A stretch of 64,000 bases of DNA from Escherichia coli (GTDB lineage Bacteria > Pseudomonadota > Gammaproteobacteria > Enterobacterales > Enterobacteriaceae): assembly GCF_003790525.1 (NCBI RefSeq), contig NZ_CP033635.1, one strand, 5' to 3'. Positions 58,216 through 64,000 of the stretch are shown piece by piece. Under the pieces are notes generated by a model that was not told where the DNA came from, made no database searches, and saw nothing but the letters and a program-made list of their open reading frames with translations. Positions within the stretch are counted from its first letter, which is position 1. The number at the start of each line of letters is the position of its first letter. Position numbers and translations under genes: made by a program.

Positions 58216-58776
58216 ATGGCGAGTTTTGCATACATAGACTCTGAAAAATGGTCAAAACTTAATCGCTTAAAATCCATGATTCAGAGATATTTTAAAGAAC
58301 CACTATTGCAGTTAACAGGCGAATTGGGTCGCCCGGATTATACTCTGGCAGACAGAAAACGGTTAGTTCGACTCCTGACGCAGGATATGCAAAGGGGTGA
58401 TATTCTGATTACTAAATCGTTAACTTGTTTTGGTAATACGCCGGAAAAAATACAGGAGGTTTTATCTTTAAGTATCAGACAAGGTATTAATATTTGCTTT
58501 TTTACGTCATCAGAGTTGCCGGATGGTGATGATATTCCTGTGGTACTCACCGGGATGATTTTACCTACAGATATTAGAGGAAAAATTCCCGACATCAGTA
58601 TCCGGAAAATTAAAAGAAAACCAGGAAGGAAAGAAGGGAGTATTCATAGTAAAAATATCAGACAGTTGAAATTGCAGGGGTTCAGTCAGTCACAAACAGC
58701 CAGAAAATTAAGCATCAGTTTATCCACTGTAAAAAGACACTGGGATAAAGGTATTGTTGATCTAACTGCAGAGTAA
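58216..58776 (+). CDS. serine-recombinase (resolvase/invertase)-like protein with degenerate catalytic motifs and C-terminal HTH
   Basis: 186 aa; MASFAYIDSEK.. parallels resolvase MxxIGYxRVST.. and GDILITKSLTCFGN parallels GDxLVVxKLDRLGRS, but the conserved Arg/Asp residues are replaced; C-terminal GFSQSQTARKLSISLSTVKRHW is resolvase-type HTH. Confidence 0.55.
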   Translation: MASFAYIDSEKWSKLNRLKSMIQRYFKEPLLQLTGELGRPDYTLADRKRLVRLLTQDMQRGDILITKSLTCFGNTPEKIQEVLSLSIRQGINICFFTSSELPDGDDIPVVLTGMILPTDIRGKIPDISIRKIKRKPGRKEGSIHSKNIRQLKLQGFSQSQTARKLSISLSTVKRHWDKGIVDLTAE

Positions 58777-59041
58777 CATTTTATAGTCCTTGTAGCTATT
58801 GGCAATGGAGTTATAAATACATGTGCGTTGGATAGGTAATATATATTATATCTGTGATGTATAGTATATGTGTAATGATGGATATGATGTACTAATAGAG
58901 CTAATGGTATTCTGATACCAAATAATTAGTTGTGTGTAGATCATAACTCTGTTTAATGTTTTAGAACGTTCTAATGTAACTGTGTAACATCATCCTGTTC
59001 TCTAATGTAACAATAGGCAGTAGCGTTTTTCTTAATTGACG

Positions 59042-59067
59042 CCCAGAGGGTTATATATCCCTCTGGG
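59042..59067. promoter_or_regulatory. perfect palindrome cccagaggg-ttatatat-ccctctggg
   Basis: 9-bp inverted arms separated by an 8-bp AT spacer, about 90 bp upstream of the 204-aa gene; flanked by direct repeats of tctaatgtaac. Confidence 0.4.
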
Positions 59068-59157
59068 AACTACTGATACGAATATTAATATCTGCTTCTG
59101 TTGTGTATTGGGTAGGTTAACTATTAGCTTATCTCTGAAAGCAAAAGGAATATTAAC

Positions 59158-59772
59158 ATGATTACGATTGAAACTCTTTACGGTGAATGTCATGAGGCTC
59201 ACGGGTTAAAAATAAGAAACCAGGTGAATAACCTCTTCCAGAAACATCCCAGAATAACGGCAATACGGGTGGATCTCCATTATCCTCCCGTGATTGACAA
59301 CGGGGATACCATTACCTGTTTTCCTAACCTGAGTCCCGGAGAGATATCTCGTTTCCGTAACTCGCTGAATGCGAAAATTAATGCAGATCAACACCGTAAA
59401 AAACAACAAGGCAAACGCACCTACGCAACGTCGGTTTGTATTATCTGGGCGAAAGAATATACGCAGTCCTTTAAATGTCATTATCACGTCTGCCTTTTTT
59501 TTAACAAAGACGCCTATTACCACCTGGGAGACTATGAGCGCTCTGACACCCTGAGAGGGTTAATTACCGGAGCCTGGTACAGTGCCTTAGGGTTAGAACT
59601 GGAAGATCACCAGGGACTAGTTCATTTCCCTGCTAATGGACGTTACATCCTGGATATTAACGATCCTGATTTCCCTGAGCAATATCAGCGCTTATTGGCA
59701 CGTCTGGATTATCTGACGAAGCTCGACACTAAAGCATCAGGCCAGCGTAACTTTGGCTACAGCGGTTTTTGA
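59158..59772 (+). CDS. HUH-endonuclease (rolling-circle Rep / inovirus Gp2-like, YagK/YfjJ-type) protein
   Basis: 204 aa; contains KCHYHVCLFF (H-u-H motif) and a downstream DYLTK (YxxK-type candidate catalytic Tyr); genomic context matches CP4-type prophage modules. Confidence 0.55.
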   Translation: MITIETLYGECHEAHGLKIRNQVNNLFQKHPRITAIRVDLHYPPVIDNGDTITCFPNLSPGEISRFRNSLNAKINADQHRKKQQGKRTYATSVCIIWAKEYTQSFKCHYHVCLFFNKDAYYHLGDYERSDTLRGLITGAWYSALGLELEDHQGLVHFPANGRYILDINDPDFPEQYQRLLARLDYLTKLDTKASGQRNFGYSGF

Positions 59773-59799
59773 CCTATTGTAACTGTAAGGTGATTTATT

Positions 59800-60366
59800 A
59801 TGTATACAGAATCAAACGTTAAGCTTTCCTGTAACGCCCTCTGGCAAAAGTATGTCCTTGCAACTCTGTATCGGGCTGCAGCTACACATCCTAAAATTAA
59901 ATTATTACAATTTAAATTAATACCTTGCCCAGGTATGAACAAGGCAATTCCCTCTCTGATGGCTGATTTTACTGGTGAACTGCATAGACTAATTTCTGAA
60001 TATTTGCAGTGCAAGCGACGTAAAGATAAATCTGTTGAGCCCGCCCCTTTATATTATCTCTGGAGTAGGGAAGCTGTGGCTAACGATACCACTCCTTATC
60101 TTATGGTACTGCTACTTAATAACGATGTCTGGTGTAAGAGTCGTGAGGTGGTGGCTCTCAGAAATCTGATTGAGCAGGCGTGGGGAAAAGTATTGGACGA
60201 AGATAACTCCATTACACATCAGGTTGTGTATCCTGAAGTGCTGTCGTTGGTATTTGATGCAGCTAACACATACAACGCTGAGCCTGGTGTACTGGAACAG
60301 ACGGCCCAGGCTTACATTGAATCGCATGGTGCCATTGAACGTCATCTTGGGTGTAGTGACTTTTAA
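59800..60366 (+). CDS. paralog of the preceding HUH/Gp2-like gene with degenerate HUH motif
   Basis: 188 aa; aligns by eye to the upstream gene (HPRITAIRVDLHYP vs HPKIKLLQFKLIP; HYHVCLFFNKDAY vs PYLMVLLLNNDVW; LRGLITGAWYSALG vs LRNLIEQAWGKVLD), but the two His of the HUH motif are lost. Confidence 0.5.
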   Translation: MYTESNVKLSCNALWQKYVLATLYRAAATHPKIKLLQFKLIPCPGMNKAIPSLMADFTGELHRLISEYLQCKRRKDKSVEPAPLYYLWSREAVANDTTPYLMVLLLNNDVWCKSREVVALRNLIEQAWGKVLDEDNSITHQVVYPEVLSLVFDAANTYNAEPGVLEQTAQAYIESHGAIERHLGCSDF

Positions 60367-60561
60367 CGACGTCAGGTGATGCATAAGGGCCTTTCGCTGA
60401 GAGGCCCTGTTTACACAATTAAATAAGTCGAACCCGACCAGCAATTTTGACGTTGACGGCAGGATTATTGAGGGGCAATCAATGTGTTCTTCGGCAGCGA
60501 TTACGGTAGTGAACGGACCTGCTGTCTGAATGGTATCGATCCGCAAGCGTATCTGCGCCAT

Positions 60562-61650
60562 TGGATTTGCCCCTATATTTCCAGACACCTGTTATCACTT
60601 AACCCATTACTGGCCCGCTGCCGTAGATATTCCCGTGGCGAGCGATAACCCAGTGCACTATGCGGATGCCATTCGTTATAATGCTCGAACGCCTCTGCAA
60701 GGTTCTTTGCTGCCGTTAACCCGTCTGGTTTGGGCATGATACTGATGTAATCACGCTTTATCGTTTTCACGAAGCTCTCTGCTATGCCGTTACTCTCCGG
60801 ACTCCGCACCGCCGTGTTCTTCGGTTCAAGTCCCAGCATCCGGGCGAACTGGCGTGTTTCATTAGCCCGGTAGCATGAACCATTATCCGTCAGCCACTCC
60901 ACTGGAGATGTCGGAAGCTCGCTGCCGAAGCGGCGTTCCACCGCTCCCAGCATGACGTCCTGTACTGTTTCACTGTCGAAGCCGCCCGTAGTGACCGCCC
61001 AGTGCAGTGCCTCACGGTCACAGCAGTCCAGCGCGAACGTGACCCCCAGTTTTTCTCCGTTATCACAGCGGAACTCGAACCCGTCAGAGCACCATCGTTG
61101 ATTGCTTTCTTTCACGGCCACTTTGCCAGTATGTGCCCGTTTCGATGGCGGTACAGCGGTTTTTCGCTCAAGCAACAGCGCATTCTGGCGCATGATCCGG
61201 TAAACACGTTTGGCATTGATAGCAGGCATACCATCAAGTTCGGCCTGTCTGCGAAGCAGCGCCCATACCCGACGATAACCATACGTGGGCAGCTCTCCGA
61301 TAACATGGTGTATACGGAGAAGCACATCCGTATCATCTGAGTGACGGCTGCGGCGACCATCTTTCCAGTCATCGGTTCGTCTGAGAATGACGTGCAACTG
61401 CGCACGCGACACCCGGAGACAACGGCTGACTAAGCTTACTCCCCATCCCCGGGCAACAAGGGAGACCGTCATTCCCGGTTCAAAGCTCTGCTGAACAATA
61501 GCGATCTTTTCCTGTGTAGTACGCCGTCTGCGTTTCTCCGGCCCTAAGACATCAATCATCTGTTCTCCAATGACTAGTCTAGAAACTAGTATTAAGACTA
61601 TCACTTATTTAAGTGATATTGATTGTCTGGAGATTCAGGGGGCCAGTCTA
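60562..61650 (-). mobile_element. IS2 (IS3 family) with internal deletion of about 240 bp
   Basis: IS2 terminal sequences recognised at both ends (minus-strand 5' TAGACTGGCCCCCTGAATCTCCAGACAA... and ...GGGGCAAATCCA 3'). Length about 1089 bp versus 1331 bp for intact IS2. Confidence 0.85.
60573..61559 (-). CDS. insCD: IS2 transposase derivative: in-frame fusion of InsC N-terminus (about 37 aa) to InsD
   Basis: Product [37 protein letters not shown]|[24 protein letters not shown]... with DDE integrase core. The junction lies between similar VAR/IAR codons; the native -1 frameshift region is missing. Confidence 0.8.
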   Translation of the reverse strand: MIDVLGPEKRRRRTTQEKIAIVQQSFEPGMTVSLVARGWGVSLVSRCLRVSRAQLHVILRRTDDWKDGRRSRHSDDTDVLLRIHHVIGELPTYGYRRVWALLRRQAELDGMPAINAKRVYRIMRQNALLLERKTAVPPSKRAHTGKVAVKESNQRWCSDGFEFRCDNGEKLGVTFALDCCDREALHWAVTTGGFDSETVQDVMLGAVERRFGSELPTSPVEWLTDNGSCYRANETRQFARMLGLEPKNTAVRSPESNGIAESFVKTIKRDYISIMPKPDGLTAAKNLAEAFEHYNEWHPHSALGYRSPREYLRQRASNGLSDNRCLEI

Positions 61651-61984
61651 TATATCAATTAATCATTAGTTTAAAAGCTTGTTCAACTGCATACATCATT
61701 AGCGTTTAAGCCAGTGAACAGGAAGTTTACTGGCTTAATTACAGTAATATAGTGTATCGCTATGCTCACTGAGTCTTAGATCTCCACCGTCGGTCTAATA
61801 TTCGCACTCCTGCTAACAACCGGTAATCAAATCGTCCTCCGGTATTGAAAGTTAATACACAAATCAGGATGATGGAGGCTCATACTGGTACAGCGCGACC
61901 ACTTATGCAGGCGTCTCTGTCAGGTTTGTTGCCCGGATCACCCGCATCAGGGACAGGGCTGTTCAGTTATCCGCAGGAGAAAAT

Positions 61985-62995
61985 ATGTCACTCAAGGCTA
62001 TCGCCGCCGAACTCGGGATCTCTGTCACCACAGTCAGCCGGGCGCTTGGCGGATTTTCGGACGTTTCCGCTTCGACCCGTGCACGTGTAGAAGCGGAAGC
62101 TCGGCGTCGTGGTTATCGCCCGAATACCCTGGCAAGACGTCTCAAAACCGGTAAAACCGATGCGGTCGGCCTGGTCTTCCCTGAACATGCTGTACTGTTC
62201 AGCAGTAGTGTGTTTGTGGATATGGTCAGTTGTATCAGCCGGGAACTGGTCCGCCATGATATTGACTTACTGCTGATAGCCGATGATGAACGGGCTGACA
62301 GCCACAGCTATATGCGTCTGGTCGAAAGCCGCCGGGTTGATGCCCTTATCGTGGCGCACACGATGGATAATGACCCGCGTCTTACACACCTGCAGGAGGC
62401 CGGTATTCCGTTTCTGGCACTCGGTCAGGTGCCGTCCGGTCTTCCCTGTGCCTGGTTTGACTTTGATAACCATGCAGGAACCTGGCAGGCCACACAGCAC
62501 CTGATTGCCCTGGGCCATCAGCGAATTGCCCTGCTGAGTGAGGACAACTCCCGTGCCTATGTCACTGCACGACGTCAGGGATGGCGCGATGCCCTGAGTG
62601 AACATGGTCTGCCTGAGACCTGGCTACGCCGGGTCTCTCCCACCCGACGCTCAGGTTTCCAGGCAGTGACTGAGTTAATGTCACTTCCGCTTCCCCCGAC
62701 GGCCATTATTACCGACAGTGACCTGATCGGTGATGGCGCGGCCATGTCGCTGCAGTTATCCGGTCATCTGTCCGGAGAGGATGCCGTCTCTCTTGTGGTT
62801 TATGATGGTCTGCCGCAGGACAGTATTATTGAACAGGATGTGGCTGCAGTTCTTCAGTCAACACGACATCGCGTCGGTCGTCAGATTGCCGACATGATAC
62901 GCCAGCTGGTCACGAATGTTTCACCTGAAATGCTACAAGTACTCTGGCAGCCGGAATTTCATCCTGGCAAGACAACGCTTGCTCCCTCCGCCTGA
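61985..62995 (+). CDS. LacI-family transcriptional repressor (RafR-like)
   Basis: 336-aa ORF MSLKAIAAELGISVTTVSRALGGFSDVSASTRARVEAEARRRGYRPNTLARRL... with N-terminal LacI HTH and periplasmic-binding-protein-like body; directly upstream of an alpha-galactosidase gene. Confidence 0.7.
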   Translation: MSLKAIAAELGISVTTVSRALGGFSDVSASTRARVEAEARRRGYRPNTLARRLKTGKTDAVGLVFPEHAVLFSSSVFVDMVSCISRELVRHDIDLLLIADDERADSHSYMRLVESRRVDALIVAHTMDNDPRLTHLQEAGIPFLALGQVPSGLPCAWFDFDNHAGTWQATQHLIALGHQRIALLSEDNSRAYVTARRQGWRDALSEHGLPETWLRRVSPTRRSGFQAVTELMSLPLPPTAIITDSDLIGDGAAMSLQLSGHLSGEDAVSLVVYDGLPQDSIIEQDVAAVLQSTRHRVGRQIADMIRQLVTNVSPEMLQVLWQPEFHPGKTTLAPSA

Positions 62996-63088
62996 TTTTT
63001 AATCCCGCTCACAAATTCGAATCGTTTCGGTTGCTATCCGAAACGATTCGGATCAACAGTAAGGCATACCCGAAAACGGAGATGTCTT

Positions 63089-64000
63089 ATGGAACCGATG
63101 TACCGCAGGCTGACCAGTCCCCACTCAGACCTGATTATTAAAACCCACCCGTATGCAGAGATTGTCTGGTGGGGATCCACCCTGAAACACTTTTCACCGG
63201 ATGACTGTATCAGCCTGGAAAGGCCGGTTGCGAATGGTCGTCTGGATACCGACACCCCACTGACGCTGATGGCCGAAAACGGCGCGGGACTTTTTGGCTC
63301 GCCGGGGCTGGAGGGACACCGCAACGGGCTGGATGCGTCCCCTGTGTTCCGTACCATCAGCGTGGTACAGGCCGGAGAATCACTCACCCTGACCAGTGAG
63401 GATGCAGTGGCGGGTCTGCGCATGGTCAGTGAACTGGTGCTGACATCGTCCGGTGTGCTGAAGATGCGTCATGCCCTGACGAACCTCCGTGAAGGGGACT
63501 GGCAGGTGAACCGCTTCGCCATCACGCTCCCTGTGGCTGAAAGGGCAGAGGAAGTCATGGCCTTCCACGGACGCTGGACTCGTGAGTTTCAGCCGCACAG
63601 GGTCCGTCTCACACATGACGGTTTTGTGCTGGAGAACCGCCGGGGCCGCACGTCCCATGAGCATTTTCCGGCACTGATTGCCGGTGCCCCCGGTTTCTCA
63701 GAACAGCAGGGCGAGGTGTGGGCCGTACATCTGGGCTGGAGTGGCAACCATCGCATGAAATGTGAGGTCAAAACTGACGGACGGCGTTACCTCCAGGCGG
63801 AAGCACTGTGGATGCCCGGAGAAAAAGCCCTGAAGAAGGATGAGACCGTGTACACGCCGTGGCTGTACGCCAGCTATTCCCCGGAGGGGCTCAATGGTAT
63901 GAGTCAGCAGTACCACCGTTTTCTGCGCGATGAAATCATCCGTTTTCCTGAGCAGAAACCCCGTCCGGTGCACCTCAATACCTGGGAAGGTATTTATTTT
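63089..64000 (+). CDS. alpha-galactosidase, GH36 (RafA-like), 3' end outside window
   Basis: Open frame from ATG 63089 to the window end: MEPMYRRLTSPHSDLIIKTHPYAEIVWWG...RPVHLNTWEGIYF (GH36 N-terminal domain pattern). Not in the ORF track because there is no stop within the window. Confidence 0.7.
   Translation, partial: MEPMYRRLTSPHSDLIIKTHPYAEIVWWGSTLKHFSPDDCISLERPVANGRLDTDTPLTLMAENGAGLFGSPGLEGHRNGLDASPVFRTISVVQAGESLTLTSEDAVAGLRMVSELVLTSSGVLKMRHALTNLREGDWQVNRFAITLPVAERAEEVMAFHGRWTREFQPHRVRLTHDGFVLENRRGRTSHEHFPALIAGAPGFSEQQGEVWAVHLGWSGNHRMKCEVKTDGRRYLQAEALWMPGEKALKKDETVYTPWLYASYSPEGLNGMSQQYHRFLRDEIIRFPEQKPRPVHLNTWEGIYF

Larger units (their letters stand above)
52206..64000. mobile_element. 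integrase-associated genomic island at ileX (partial; extends past the window end)
   Basis: tRNA 3' fragment, then a P4-type integrase, AlpA-like regulator, CP4-like accessory genes, an IS2 copy and sugar-utilisation cargo. AT-rich relative to the flanking core genes. Confidence 0.75.

Noticed and set aside
58216-58776. Active DNA invertase with an invertible segment (phase-variation switch)
   Set aside because: The resolvase-like protein lacks the conserved catalytic Arg/Asp residues, and I found no pair of inverted crossover sites flanking a promoter nearby; treated as a recombinase-derived DNA-binding protein.
60573-61604. Intact IS3-family transposase ORF of 343 aa
   Set aside because: The first 15 codons come from a GTG outside the canonical insC start. 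The ORF is an InsC(1-37)-InsD fusion created by an internal deletion, so it was annotated as a deleted IS2 derivative, not an intact two-ORF IS2.

Overview
This window reads as an Escherichia coli-type chromosomal segment, colinear in inverted orientation with the K-12 region tdcC-tdcDEFG-cyuPA-yhaLKJIH-yqjGFKEDC-mzrA-yqjA-exuR / exuT-uxaCA-ygjV-sstT-alx-ygjRQP-rlmG-fadH-ygjKJI-ebgCAR-ygjH-patA-aer-yqjI-yqjH. Gene identities come from my recall of K-12 protein sequences and gene order, not from a database search. Two accessory insertions interrupt this backbone. (1) About 5.3 kb between exuR and the exuT terminator (about 17.3-22.7 kb) carries a four-gene class-5 (CFA/I / CS1-like, alternate chaperone-usher) fimbrial operon: chaperone, major pilin, usher, tip adhesin. 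(2) From about 52.2 kb to the window end is a genomic island next to a 47-nt 3' partial copy of tRNA-Ile2 (ileX). It carries a P4-type tyrosine integrase, an AT-rich convergent pair of uncharacterised genes (198 aa and 534 aa), an AlpA-like regulator, a CP4-like module (RHH-like protein, degenerate serine-recombinase homolog, two tandem HUH/Rep-like paralogs), an IS2 copy with an in-frame internal deletion, and a LacI-family regulator plus GH36 alpha-galactosidase (raf-like). The integrase-proximal pair is the best candidate for an undescribed system (possibly phage defence or toxin-like), but I cannot assign a function from sequence alone. No CRISPR array or rRNA gene was seen; the only tRNA sequence is the truncated ileX copy. 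The reported ORF coordinates are used as given; where hand-counted positions disagreed by about 1 nt (exuT start), I kept the frame-consistent ORF-track values. Coordinates of non-ORF features are hand-counted and may be off by a few bases.
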